A DNA stretch of 38,905 bases, taken from contig JAYKHR010000012.1 in NCBI GenBank assembly GCA_035285125.1, forward strand, positions 1 to 38,905, written 5' to 3'. The notes under the pieces were generated by a model. The model was not told the DNA's origin. It saw only the letters and a list, made by a program, of their open reading frames with translations, and made no database searches. The position numbers and the translations under genes are program-made. The stretch comes from Candidatus Sericytochromatia bacterium (GTDB lineage Bacteria; Cyanobacteriota; Sericytochromatia; S15B-MN24; JAQBPE01). Shown one piece after another: positions 1 through 9,600 of this stretch (positions within the stretch are counted from its first letter, which is position 1; each line of letters starts with the position of its first letter).

Positions 1-494
1 GTGCAGGCCTTCTCGGCGACCACCCCGGCCACCTCGATGCCGGCCAGGGTGCCGAAGCGCAGCTCGCGCTCCAGCATCACCGTCGGGATGCTGCCGAGCA
101 CCCCGAGCAGCATCGGCAGCGTCATCCAGCGCAGCATGGCCGCCCCGTCCGGCGGCAGGCGGAACCAGCCCGCGAGCCAGGGGGCCGCCAGGGCGAACGC
201 CGCAGCCATGGCGCCGAACATCAACATGTAGGCCGTGAAGACCGTTCGCTGCTCGCGCGTTGTGGGGGGCTCGCGCTGCTGGATGAGCACCGACACCAGC
301 CCGAGCTCGAAGAGGCTTCCCAGGCCCAGCACCACAAAGGCCACCGAGGCGTAGGCGCCGAAGGCCGCAGGGGCGAGCCAGCGGGCCAGCAGGATGCTCG
401 CCACGAGCGACAGCGGGGTGATCAGGCAGTGGCGCGCCACGAGCGCCGCCACCCCGCGCCCAACCTGGTTGCGCACCTGCGCCTCGGCTTCCAT
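1..494 (-). CDS. Oligosaccharide flippase (Wzx/WzxC-like), 3' end runs off the window
   Basis: Not in the ORF track. Manual translation from ATG at 494 gives MEAEAQVRNQVGRGVAALVARHCLITPLSLVASILLARWLAPAAFGAYA...FELGLVSVLIQQREP...MLERELRFGTLAGIE. This matches the LARxLxPxxFG, GLxxxLIQ and LxRxLxF pattern of Wzx flippases. Confidence 0.85.
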   Translation of the reverse strand, partial: MEAEAQVRNQVGRGVAALVARHCLITPLSLVASILLARWLAPAAFGAYASVAFVVLGLGSLFELGLVSVLIQQREPPTTREQRTVFTAYMLMFGAMAAAFALAAPWLAGWFRLPPDGAAMLRWMTLPMLLGVLGSIPTVMLERELRFGTLAGIEVAGVVAEKAC

Positions 495-653
495 TCGCCC
501 TCTATACCCCCGTCGGCCCGTGCTACCATGGCCCGCCGAGGGACGCCGGATCGCCCCGGTCGGGCGAAGGTAGCGCCGCTCCCCTCTCCGGGCCGGAGAG
601 GGTCCGCGTCAGCGGGGGTGAGGCCACCCTGGCTCAAGCTGGAAGGAAAACCC

Positions 654-2033
654 ATGTCAGACCAACGTGCCCGCATCATCGGCGCCGGCCTCGCCGGCAG
701 CGAGGCCGCCTGGCAGCTCGCGGAGCGCGGCGTGGCGGTGGACCTGTTCGAGATGCGCGGCGTGCGCCCCACCCGCGTGCACCACACGACGGACGCGGCG
801 GAGCTGGTCTGCTCGAACTCGCTGGGCGCGCTGGGCCTCACGGCCGCCTCTGGCTTGTTGAAGGCCGAGATGCGCCGCCTTGGCTCGCTGATCGTCGGCT
901 GCGCCGAGGCCCATGCGGTGCCGGCCGGCGGGGCGCTCGCGGTGGACCGCGAGGGCTTCGCGCAGGCGGTCACGGCGCGGCTGGAGGCCCACCCGCTGAT
1001 CACGCTGCACCGCGGCGAGGTGACGGACCTCGCGTCGGACGTGCCGACGATCCTGGCCTCGGGCCCGCTGACGTCCGAGGCCCTGTCCGCGGCGCTGCAG
1101 CAGCTGGCGGGCCGCGACTACCTGTTCTTCCACGACGCGGCGGCCCCGATCGTGACGCTGGAGTCCCTCGACCTCTCGGTGATCTTCCGCGCCGGGCGCG
1201 AGGGCCTCGCCCGCAAGGGGCAGCCGCGAGAGGCCGCCGAGGGGCCGGGCGACTACCTGAACTGCCCGTTCGACCGGGCCGGCTACGAGGCCTTCGTGGC
1301 CGCGCTGGCGGCCGGCGAGAACGCCACGCTGCACCACCCGGAGGACCACGTGTTCTTCGAGAGCTGCCTGCCCGCCGAGGTGCTCGCCCGCCGGGGCCGG
1401 GACACCCTGCGCTACGGGCCGATGAAGCCCATGGGCCTCACGGACCCGCGCACGGGGCGCTGGCCTTACGCCGTCGTCCAGCTGCGCCAAGACAACGCCG
1501 CGGCCTCCCTGTTCAACATGGTGGGCTTCCAGACCCAGCTCAAGTGGGGCGAGCAGACGCGCATCTTCCGGATGATCCCGGGCATGGCGCAGGCGGAGTT
1601 CGTGCGGCTCGGCGTCATGCACCGCAACACCTACCTGGCGAGCCCGGCCCTGCTCACGCCGACGTTGCAGTGGCGGGATCGTCCGCTGCTGCTCGCCGCG
1701 GGCCAGATGATCGGCGTCGAGGGCTACATCGACTCCGCGGCGACGGGGCTGATCGCGGGCCGCAACATGGCCCGCCTGCTGACGGGGCGCGCGCCGCTGG
1801 CCTGGCCGCGTGACACGATGCTGGGCGCCCTCTCGCACTACGTCGCCGAGGCCTCGCCCAAGCACTTCCAGCCGATGAACGCGAACTGGGGCCTGCTGCC
1901 CGACCTCGAGCCCCACCTCCGCGACAAGAAGGCCCGGCGCGAGGCGCTCGCGGCGCGGGCGCTGGCGAGCCAGGTGGCCTTCGCGGCCGCAGCAGGCGAG
2001 CCTCTGATCGCGACCGACCCCGTCGCGATCTGA
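654..2033 (+). CDS. trmFO: Methylenetetrahydrofolate--tRNA-(uracil-5-)-methyltransferase TrmFO
   Basis: Motifs IIGAGLAGSEAAWQLA (FAD binding), ELVCSNS, FFESCLP, GPMKPMGL, GVMHRNTY, AGQMIGVEGY and FQPMNANWG. Start placed at ATG 654 after GGAAGG. Confidence 0.96.
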   Translation: MSDQRARIIGAGLAGSEAAWQLAERGVAVDLFEMRGVRPTRVHHTTDAAELVCSNSLGALGLTAASGLLKAEMRRLGSLIVGCAEAHAVPAGGALAVDREGFAQAVTARLEAHPLITLHRGEVTDLASDVPTILASGPLTSEALSAALQQLAGRDYLFFHDAAAPIVTLESLDLSVIFRAGREGLARKGQPREAAEGPGDYLNCPFDRAGYEAFVAALAAGENATLHHPEDHVFFESCLPAEVLARRGRDTLRYGPMKPMGLTDPRTGRWPYAVVQLRQDNAAASLFNMVGFQTQLKWGEQTRIFRMIPGMAQAEFVRLGVMHRNTYLASPALLTPTLQWRDRPLLLAAGQMIGVEGYIDSAATGLIAGRNMARLLTGRAPLAWPRDTMLGALSHYVAEASPKHFQPMNANWGLLPDLEPHLRDKKARREALAARALASQVAFAAAAGEPLIATDPVAI

Positions 2034-2067
2034 CGCCACGGCGCGCCGGGCCGGGCTCGCGGGCGCC

Positions 2068-2103
2068 CCTGCGGCGGCGGGTCTACCCGCCGGCGCGGGT
2101 TTT
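2068..2103 (+). terminator. Putative intrinsic terminator after trmFO
   Basis: GC stem CGGCGGG-TCTA-CCCGCCG, extended by CCTGCG/CGCGGG and followed by TTTT. Confidence 0.5.
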
Positions 2104-2141
2104 CGCTACCATAACCCGGTTGCCCCCTCAGGAGTCCCCCG

Positions 2142-2801
2142 ATGACCACCTTCGGCTTTTACCAGATCAAGCGCTCGGCGGGCTGGATCGAGGTGATCTG
2201 CGGCCCGATGTTCAGCGGGAAGACCGAGGAGCTCATCCGCCGCGTGCGGCGGGCGCACATCGCCCGGCAGCAGGTGCAGGTCTTCAAGCCGGAGCTCGAC
2301 GCCCGCTACGAGGCGGAGCTCGTGAACTCCCACAACGGCAGCCGCATCGAGGCGACGCGGGCGCGGCTCGCGAGCGAGGTGCTCGCCCTCGTGGGGGAGG
2401 ACACGCAGGTCGTTGCGCTCGACGAGGTCCAGTTCTTCGACGAGCCGGTCCTCGAGGCCTGCCAGACGCTCGCGGACGCCGGCAAGCGCGTGATCTGCAC
2501 GGGGCTGGACCTCGACTTCCGCGGTGAGCCCTTCGGCTTCATGCCGCGCCTGATGGCGATGGCCGAGCAGGTCGAGAAGCTGCAGGCGATCTGCATGTGC
2601 TGCGGCGTGCCCGGCACCCGCACCCAGCGGCTCGTGGACGGCCGGCCGGCCCACCGCGACGAGCCGATCATCCTCGTCGGCGCCGCTGAGGCTTACGAGC
2701 CCCGCTGCCGGGCCTGCCACGTGGTGCCCGGCCGCGTCCCGGCCGTGGCAAGCGCCGAGCCGGCGCCCCGCGTCACGCTGCCCGTCTTCAAGGGCGGCTG
2801 A
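2142..2801 (+). CDS. tdk: Thymidine kinase (type II, TK1-like)
   Basis: Walker [29 protein letters not shown], and Zn-lasso CxxC...[16 protein letters not shown] upstream. Confidence 0.96.
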   Translation: MTTFGFYQIKRSAGWIEVICGPMFSGKTEELIRRVRRAHIARQQVQVFKPELDARYEAELVNSHNGSRIEATRARLASEVLALVGEDTQVVALDEVQFFDEPVLEACQTLADAGKRVICTGLDLDFRGEPFGFMPRLMAMAEQVEKLQAICMCCGVPGTRTQRLVDGRPAHRDEPIILVGAAEAYEPRCRACHVVPGRVPAVASAEPAPRVTLPVFKGG

Positions 2802-2855
2802 CGCCCGGTCCCGGGCCCGGCTGATCTGGCCAGAGAAAAAATCACGTCCGCCCAT

Positions 2856-2883
2856 TCAAGTTCCGATTTGGGTGTGCCGAAAG
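2856..2883 (+). promoter_or_regulatory. sigma28 (FliA/SigD)-type promoter of flagellin 1
   Basis: TCAAG-N15-GCCGAAAG. It has one mismatch and one extra spacer base relative to the TCAAG-N14-GCCGATA site before flagellin 2. Confidence 0.65.
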
Positions 2884-2951
2884 ATGTGGGTTGGGTGTTT
2901 GAAAAAAATGTGACGTGGGAACATGGTCCTTGGGCGCACGATGCGCCCCCC

Positions 2952-2992
2952 GAAGGGAAAAGGATTCCCTTCCGCGCTGAGTGCCAAGGAGG
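2952..2992 (+). promoter_or_regulatory. CsrA/RsmA-type binding sites in the flagellin 1 leader
   Basis: Perfect stem GAAGGGAA/TTCCCTTC with an AAGGA loop (2952-2972), plus CAAGGAGG overlapping the SD. Confidence 0.7.
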
Positions 2993-2997
2993 ACCGT

Positions 2998-3768
2998 ATG
3001 CGCATCAACAACAACATGTCTGCTATGACCATCTGGCGGCAGGGGTTGTCGATCAACCGCGACCTGGACCGCTCCCTGGAGCGCCTCAGCTCAGGCAGCC
3101 GCATCAACCGGGCCTCGGACGGCGCAGCAGACCTGGCGATCTCCGAGCGGCTCCGGGGTCGCATCAGCTCCATCACCCAGGGTGAGCGCAACCTGCAGAC
3201 GGCTTACGCCCAGGGGAACATCCAAGACTCGGCGCTCCAAGAGTTCATGGGGCTGGCGCAGCGGGTGGTTGAGATTGCAAGCGCCTACTCCAGCGCCGAT
3301 ACCAACACCCAGGCGGTCCTGGCGGCGGAAGCCTCGGAGATTTCCACTGTCGTCACCAACACGATCGCGTCGCTGAGATACAACGACGTCGCTGTCCCGG
3401 CGACGACGAGCGTCAACGTGGACGGCACCACCTCGGTGAGCTTCACGCTTGCCGACTTCGCGAACATCGACTTCACATCGGCCGACGTGACGGCAGCCAC
3501 CGCAGTCGCCGATGCGCAGGTTCTCGTTGACGCGATTGCCACGGAACTGGCGACCTTGGGCGGGGCAATGGCTGGCATGGAAGCCAACATGGCCGTCCTC
3601 GCTGGCCGCCGGGAAGCGCACGTGATGGGTGAGAGCGCCATCCGTGATACCGACATCGCCGCCGAGAGCACGCGGCTCACCCGGGCGCAGATCCTGTCGC
3701 AGTCCAACGTCGCGATGCTGGCCCAGGCCAACGCCCGACCGATGAACCTGCTCGCTCTGCTCCGGTAA
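2998..3768 (+). CDS. fliC: Flagellin, short (256 aa) and divergent
   Basis: N-terminus MRINNN...LERLSSGSRINRASD; C-terminus SAIRDTDIAAE...QILSQSNVAMLAQAN...LALLR. AAGGAGG RBS before ATG 2998. Confidence 0.92.
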   Translation: MRINNNMSAMTIWRQGLSINRDLDRSLERLSSGSRINRASDGAADLAISERLRGRISSITQGERNLQTAYAQGNIQDSALQEFMGLAQRVVEIASAYSSADTNTQAVLAAEASEISTVVTNTIASLRYNDVAVPATTSVNVDGTTSVSFTLADFANIDFTSADVTAATAVADAQVLVDAIATELATLGGAMAGMEANMAVLAGRREAHVMGESAIRDTDIAAESTRLTRAQILSQSNVAMLAQANARPMNLLALLR

Positions 3769-3797
3769 CGGTCCTCAGGCATCGCCCACCCAGCCTC

Positions 3798-3835
3798 GCG
3801 CGCCACCCGGCTTCGGGGGCGCGCTCATTTTTTTC
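3798..3835 (+). terminator. Intrinsic terminator after flagellin 1
   Basis: GCGCGCC...GGCGCGC stem followed closely by a T7 run. Confidence 0.7.
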
Positions 3836-3844
3836 GCGGGCCCA

Positions 3845-3871
3845 TCAAGTTTCCCCGGCTGGTGCCGATAC
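3845..3871 (+). promoter_or_regulatory. sigma28-type promoter of flagellin 2
   Basis: TCAAG-N14-GCCGATAC, near-consensus for FliA. Confidence 0.8.
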
Positions 3872-3881
3872 CACCCTCGGA

Positions 3882-3941
3882 GGCGGAAAGGATTCCCGCC
3901 AGGCAGAACGCAAGAGGCGTTCGCGCGACCGATCAAGGAGG
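3882..3941 (+). promoter_or_regulatory. CsrA/RsmA-type binding sites in the flagellin 2 leader
   Basis: Hairpin GGCGGAA-AGGA-TTCCCGCC, a second hairpin GAACGC-AAGAG-GCGTTC, and CAAGGAGG at the SD. Confidence 0.65.
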
Positions 3942-3949
3942 ATTCCCCC

Positions 3950-4789
3950 GTGCGGATCAACACCAACATCAACGCCCTGATGGCGCACCGCAACATGACG
4001 AAGGTCAACGCGGGCCTGTCGCAGTCGCTGGAGCGCCTGTCGAGCGGCCTGCGCATCAACAGCGCGAAGGACGACGCCGCCGGCCTCGCCGTGTCCGAGA
4101 ACATGGACACCACCGTCCGCGCCCTGAACGTCGGCGAGCGCAACATCCAGGATGGCATCGCCTTCCTGAACGCCCGGGAGGGCGTGCTCGACCAGATCAC
4201 GCAGATGGTGCAGCGGATGCGCGAGCTGGCCGTGGCCGCCAACAACTCGTCGACCTCGCCGGACTCCGGCGCCGTCCTCAACGCCGAGTACGAGCAGCTC
4301 GGCCTGGAGATCGACCGCCTGCTCACGACCACCTTCAACGAGGTGCCGCTGTTCGTGGTCCCCACCTCCACCCTGGACGTGATGGTGGGCGCGGATCCCG
4401 CACCGGACGTGGTCAGCCTCACGCTGTCGACGCCCGACTTCTCGACCATCCTGCCCCCGGCCACGGACATCACGACGCCGGCGCAGGCCGCGACGGCCCT
4501 GCCGCTGCTCGCCACCTACCTGCTCGACACCGCGACCCCGACGGCGCCCACGGGCGTCCTGGCGGAGCGGTCCAAGAACGGCGGCTACATCAACCGGCTC
4601 GAGTACGCCCTCGCGAGCCTGCAGGTCAACCGTGAGAACCTGATGGCGTCTTACTCCCGCGTCCGCGACACCGACATGGCAGCCGAGATGACCACCATGA
4701 CCAAGCAGCAGATCATCTTGCAGACCTCGACGGCCATGCTGGCCCAGGCCAACGCCCAGCCCCAGTCGGTGCTGGCCCTGTTCAAGTAG
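3950..4789 (+). CDS. fliC: Flagellin, short (279 aa), canonical conserved regions
   Basis: ERLSSGLRINSAKDDAAGLAVSE, QRMRELAV and SRVRDTDMAAEM...AMLAQANAQPQSVLAL. GTG start after AAGGAGG. Confidence 0.96.
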   Translation: MRINTNINALMAHRNMTKVNAGLSQSLERLSSGLRINSAKDDAAGLAVSENMDTTVRALNVGERNIQDGIAFLNAREGVLDQITQMVQRMRELAVAANNSSTSPDSGAVLNAEYEQLGLEIDRLLTTTFNEVPLFVVPTSTLDVMVGADPAPDVVSLTLSTPDFSTILPPATDITTPAQAATALPLLATYLLDTATPTAPTGVLAERSKNGGYINRLEYALASLQVNRENLMASYSRVRDTDMAAEMTTMTKQQIILQTSTAMLAQANAQPQSVLALFK

Positions 4790-4824
4790 GCCGTGCGCCA
4801 CGGCGCACCCCCCTCGAAGAACCT

Positions 4825-4846
4825 GGCCCCTCCCCCGGGAGGGGCC
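4825..4846 (+). terminator. GC hairpin after flagellin 2 (possible terminator or mRNA stabiliser)
   Basis: GGCCCCTCC-CCCG-GGAGGGGCC stem; lacks a good U-tract. Confidence 0.4.
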
Positions 4847-4873
4847 GTTCGGCTGCCGGGGTGAGGACTTCGC

Positions 4874-5620
4874 GTGTCAGGACCTGATCCGCTGGCAGAC
4901 GCCAGCGCCCTGCTGGCCTCCGGGCGGTGGGCCGAGGCCGAGGCCCTGCTGGCGACCGCCGCAGCGGGTGGTCAGGCGGAGGCCGCCCTCAGCCTGGGCC
5001 GGCTCTGCCTCCAGCGTGGCGCCTGGGCCGAGGCCGTCACCTGGCTGGAGGGCGGTCGCACGCTGGGGCTCGCGCCCGCCACCGGCGCCTTCGAGCTGGC
5101 CTGGTGCTGGCTGAAGCTGGGGCGCTCCCAGGAGGCCGGGGCCCTGCTGGCCGACCTCCCACCCTCGCCGCCGGTGTCGCACCTGCTCGGCCGGGCGTGG
5201 CTGGAGGCTGGCCGCGGCCCGGAGGCCCTGGCGCCGCTGCGGGCGTGCGGCCTGCCCGCTGCCGATCTCGAGCTTGGCTGGGCGCACTGGCTGGCGGACG
5301 AGCCGCGCGAGGCCACCCAGGCCTGGGAGCGCTGGCTGCGGGCGGGCGCGGCCGACTGGGGGACCAAGGACGCGCTGGCGACCATGCTGTTCCTGCTTGC
5401 CGGCGGCCGACGGCCGGGGGCGGCACCGGAGCGGCCAGCGGAGCCCGTCCGGCACCTGTCCGACTGGCTGCGGTGGCTGGCGCGCCACGGGCGGGCCGAC
5501 GACGTGCGGACGGTGCTCCTGCGGGGGCCGCGCCTGGACCCGGCACTGTGGGAGGCGCTTCGCCCCAGCTGGCTGGCTGTGCTCGCGGCCGAGGGCCTCG
5601 AGGTCGGCTCAGACGGTTGA
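4874..5620 (+). CDS. TPR-like helical repeat protein
   Basis: Repeated LG...G...EA helical pattern (LGRLCLQRGAWAEA, LAWCWLKLGRSQEA, LGRAWLEAGRGPEA, LGWAHWLADEPREA). GTG start after GAGGA. Confidence 0.7.
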   Translation: MSGPDPLADASALLASGRWAEAEALLATAAAGGQAEAALSLGRLCLQRGAWAEAVTWLEGGRTLGLAPATGAFELAWCWLKLGRSQEAGALLADLPPSPPVSHLLGRAWLEAGRGPEALAPLRACGLPAADLELGWAHWLADEPREATQAWERWLRAGAADWGTKDALATMLFLLAGGRRPGAAPERPAEPVRHLSDWLRWLARHGRADDVRTVLLRGPRLDPALWEALRPSWLAVLAAEGLEVGSDG

Positions 5621-5641
5621 GGTGGCTGGGCATCCCGGCCA

Positions 5642-5672
5642 ACAAAAAAGGGGGAGCCTGCACGGCTCCCCC
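5642..5672 (-). terminator. Intrinsic terminator of the ruvX-DUF1292 operon
   Basis: GGGGGAGCC-TGCAC-GGCTCCCCC, preceded on + by AAAAAA (U-tract on the minus strand). Confidence 0.8.
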
Positions 5673-5686
5673 ACAAGGACGCGGGC

Positions 5687-5953
5687 TTAGCCCTCCTCGT
5701 CCTCCGTGAACTCCTCGAGCTTCTTCACCACGTTCTGGAACTCGGCGTCGTCCTCCAGCATGACGAAGGCGTCACCCTCGAGGCGCATCACGAGGACCTC
5801 CTGGTCTTCACTCTCGTCCGCGTCGGCGGGGAGCAGCAAGGCGTACTCCTTGCCGTCGACCTCGACGATGTCGACCACCTGGAATTCAAAGTTCACACCG
5901 TTCTCGTCCACCAGGGTGACGGTGTCTTCGGCGGCTTCCAGTTCCTGTTCCAT
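5687..5953 (-). CDS. DUF1292 family small acidic protein
   Basis: VTLVDENG...FQVVDIVEVDGKEYALL...LEDDAEFQNV. Lies directly downstream of ruvX, as in Firmicutes. Confidence 0.88.
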   Translation of the reverse strand: MEQELEAAEDTVTLVDENGVNFEFQVVDIVEVDGKEYALLLPADADESEDQEVLVMRLEGDAFVMLEDDAEFQNVVKKLEEFTEDEEG

Positions 5954-5961
5954 AGCGCTGG

Positions 5962-6420
5962 CTACTCCTCACTGCTCGCAGATGGCTCAGCTTCACGCGC
6001 GGCCCGGGCCCGACGGTCCAGGTAGGTTTGCAGGATCAAGGCTGCCGCTTGCTGATCGATGAGCTCCTTGCGTCGTTTCGCCTTCACCTGGAGGTCCAGC
6101 ATGGCACGGTTGGCCTGCCGGGTGGTGAGTCTTTCGTCCACCAGCTCCACGGGGAGGGCGATCGACGCCCGGAGGGATTCCACGAAGCGATCCACGAAGC
6201 GAGCCTGGTCGCCAATGGAGCCGTCCATGTTCCGGGGATAGCCTACCACGAGGCGCGAAGCGTTGTACACGGCGACGAGGTCCGCGAGGTCGGCCAGGTC
6301 GCGGGCCAGGTCCCGGCGCTGGATCGTCGTCACGCCGAGCGCCATCGAGCCGAACGGGTCGCTCACGGCGACGCCGATCGTCTTGGTGCCGACGTCGAGG
6401 CCCAGGATGCGTTCAACCAT
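5962..6420 (-). CDS. ruvX: YqgF/RuvX (pre-16S rRNA nuclease, putative Holliday junction resolvase)
   Basis: RILGLDVGTKTIGVAVSD, VVGYPRNMDG, VDERLTT and IDQQAAALILQTYLD. GGAGG RBS before ATG 6420. Confidence 0.95.
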   Translation of the reverse strand: MVERILGLDVGTKTIGVAVSDPFGSMALGVTTIQRRDLARDLADLADLVAVYNASRLVVGYPRNMDGSIGDQARFVDRFVESLRASIALPVELVDERLTTRQANRAMLDLQVKAKRRKELIDQQAAALILQTYLDRRARAAREAEPSASSEE

Positions 6421-6623
6421 GACCTCCGTGTCCCACGGCGCGGCCGTGGTGTCAAGCACGGTGGCGTGGGGGCCGCCCAAAAAACCGTTAACCCCCTCCC
6501 CCCAGCGGGCATGGAGAGTCCATCGCCGCACAGCTCGCGGCCGTTCCCTTCGGCTGGGTCAGGTCCAAGGCCCCCAAGGACCACCCGCCCCCCCGCCGCC
6601 CCCCCGAAACGAGCCCACCCCCC

Positions 6624-9600
6624 GTGTCTACCCTGGCGGCCACCCTCGAACGCGCGCGCAAAGAGCTCCTCGACCTGGGGCTGCGCAACCCCATGCTCAA
6701 CTTCCGGCCCTCGCGGGCGCGGGGGCTCACGCTGGAGGGCCTGCCCCCGGACGTCGCTTGGCAGCGCCTGATCCGCGAGGACAAGCCGTTCTCGTTCGTG
6801 GAGGGGGGCCCCGACGTGGACGGCCAGGCGGCCTCGGAGGGGCGGCTGCTCGTGCCGATGGAGGCCGAGGCGCTGCAGCAGGTGCTCCTCAACACGCAGC
6901 GGGCGGCGCGCACCTTTCTGGAGGAGCAGGGGGCGCAGGTGCTCTACCTGGCGCTGGGGATGCTGGCCTGGACCGAGCCGGACCGCCCGGAGACCCGGCA
7001 CGCCCCGCTGCTGCTCGTGCCTGTCACGCTGCTGCGCCCGCACGCGCTGGCGCGCTTCCAGCTGCGCTGGAACCAGGGGGACCTCGTCGAGAACCTCTCG
7101 CTCGCGGCCCGGCTCGCCGCCGACCACGGCATCACGCTGCCGCCGGTGGCGCCTGTCGAGGACCTCGTGCCCTCCCGCTACATGGCCGAGGTGGCCGAGC
7201 GCGTGGCCGGCGTGGGGTACCGCGTGGAGCCGGAGGCCGTCTCCCTCGGCCTGTTTGCCTCCAGCAAGCTCCTGATGTACCGGGACCTCGACCCGGCGGC
7301 GCTCGGCGGCCACGGCGGCCAGGCGCTCGTGGCGGCCGTGCTCGAGGAGGGCTTCCCGGCCCCGGAGGCGCTGGCCCCCGTCAGGCCGCAGGGCGTGGTG
7401 GACATGGACGCCAGCCAGGCGGCCGCCGTCGCGGCCGTCGCCGCCGGGCAGAGCCTCGTCATCCAGGGGCCGCCCGGGACGGGCAAGTCTCAGACCATCA
7501 CCAACATCGTTGCGGAGGCCCTGCGCCAGGGCAAGACCGTGCTGTTCGTCGCGGAGAAGCTCGCCGCGCTCGAGGTCGTGCGGCGCCGGCTGACGGCGGT
7601 GGGGCTCGGCGATGCGCTGCTGGAGCTGCACAGCCACAAGGCCAGCAAGCGGGAGCTCCTCGGCGAGCTCGGGCGCACGCTGGCGCTGCCCCAGCCGCGC
7701 GTGGAGGCCAGCGCCGACGACGAGGAGGCCCTGCACGGGGAGCTTCGCGACAAGCTCGACGCCTACGCGGAGGCCGTCAACACCCCCGTCGGCGAGAGTG
7801 GCGTGACGCCCCACGAGGCCATCACCGCCCTGCTGCGGCTCGGGCGGGAGGGGGGCGAGGCGCGGCTGCCGGAAGAGGCGATCCCCCTCACGCTGGCTGC
7901 CTGGACGCGCGCCGAGCACCTGAGGCGCCAGGCGCTGACGGTCGAGCTTCGCACCCTGCTCTCGGCCATCGGGGCCCTGCGCCACCACCCCTTCGCCGGG
8001 GCCCGTGTCGAGCACGTGCGGCCGGGCGAGGAGGCGGCGATCGCGGGGGAGGTCGCCCGCACGCGGGCTGCCCTGCAAGCCTGGCTCCCTGCCCTCAAGG
8101 CGCTCAGCGAGGGCCTGGGGCGCCCCTGCCCCGGCTCCTGGCGGGGGGCCCGGCAGCTGCTGCGGGCGCTGGTCCACCTGCGCGACGCCCACCGGCTGCA
8201 GGGCGTCGACCTGGGCCATGCGGGCTGGTCGGCCCACCGCGACAAGCTGGAGGCGCTGCTGGAGGCCGGGGCTGCCTGGGCCTGGCTCCGGGCCACCTGG
8301 GGAGACCGCGTCCAGCCCGGCGCCTGGGACCTCGACCACAGCGCCACCCGGGACGCCGTGGCCACGTGGGGCCGGCGCTGGTCCCGCTCCTTCGTCGGGG
8401 CCTGGCGTCGCTCGCAGCGCCTGCTGGTGCGCCACTGCCGGGGCGGGGTCCCGGCTGACCCTGCGGACCAGCTCGCCGTGCTGGACGCGCTGGCGCAGGG
8501 GCGCCGCCTGCGCCAGGAGCTGCGTCAGGAGAGCGGGCTCGCGGGGCTGCTGTTCGGGCCTCAGTGGCGCGGCGAGGACTCGACGTGGCCCGAGCTGCGG
8601 GCCACCGCCGAGCGCGTCTGGGCCATTCAGGCGGATCTGGCCGCGGGCGAGTTGCCGGCCGACTTCGCCGCGTGGCCGCTGCCGGACTGGCTGCCGGCCG
8701 CCCCTCCCCCGGCCGTTGGCGCAGCCGAGACCGCGGCGGTGGCCTTCGACGACGCCTGGGGGCGCCTGGCGGCCCGCCTGGTCTACAGCCCGGCCGGGGC
8801 CGCCCCCCAGGACGAGCCCTTCGAGGCGCTCGAGGCCCGCATGGCGGGCTGGCAGGCCGAGCCCGAGCGGCTGCAGGACCTCGCGGCCTACAACCGGCTG
8901 CGCCTCTCCCTCCGGGACGAGCAGCTGGAGCGCCTGGTGGCCGTCGTCGAGCAACCCGGGGGCGAGGCCCTGGTGCCCGGGCTGGATCAGCGCCTCGAGC
9001 GTGCCTGGTTCGAGGCCCTCCTGGAGCGGGCCATCCGGGAGCGCCCCGCGCTGGCCCAGTTCGAGGGCAACAGCCAGATGCTGCTGCGGGACCGCTTCGG
9101 CCACCTCGAGCGCAAGGTGCAGGTCCACCACCGCTCCCGGCTGGCGCAGCAGCACCACGCGCGCCTCACGGCCCGCAGCGAGGACCGGTCGTGGGTGACG
9201 CTGCGCCAGGAACTCGCGAAGCGCACGCGCCACCTTCCCATCCGCCAGCTCGTGGCCCGCGCGGGCGGGGCCATCCAGGCCCTCAAGCCCGTGTTCATGA
9301 TGAGCCCGCTCTCGGTGGCCACCTACCTGCCGGCCGGCGCCGTGACGTTCGACCTCGTGGTGTTCGACGAGGCCTCCCAGGTGCGACCCGTCGACGCCCT
9401 CGGGGCCCTGCTGCGTGGGCGGCAGCTGGTCGTGGTCGGCGACAAGCGGCAGATGCCTCCCACCAACTTCTTCGACAGCCTGGCCAGCAACGCGGACGTG
9501 CCCGAGGACGAGGAGGGGCTTGTCACCGAGGACTACGAGAGCCTCCTCGGCCTCTGCGAGGCGCAAGGGGTGCCGCAGCGGATGCTGCGCTGGCACTACC

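Noticed and set aside
536..640. Glycine-riboswitch-like words (GAGGGA, CGAAGG, CTCAAG) in the trmFO leader
   Set aside because: The match to GGAGA...CCGAAG...CUCAGG is poor and there is no tandem aptamer. Retained only as a generic structured leader.
654..2801. trmFO-tdk adjacency as a thymine/ribothymidine pathway
   Set aside because: A likely terminator and a separate -10 box lie between them, and both are ordinary housekeeping genes.
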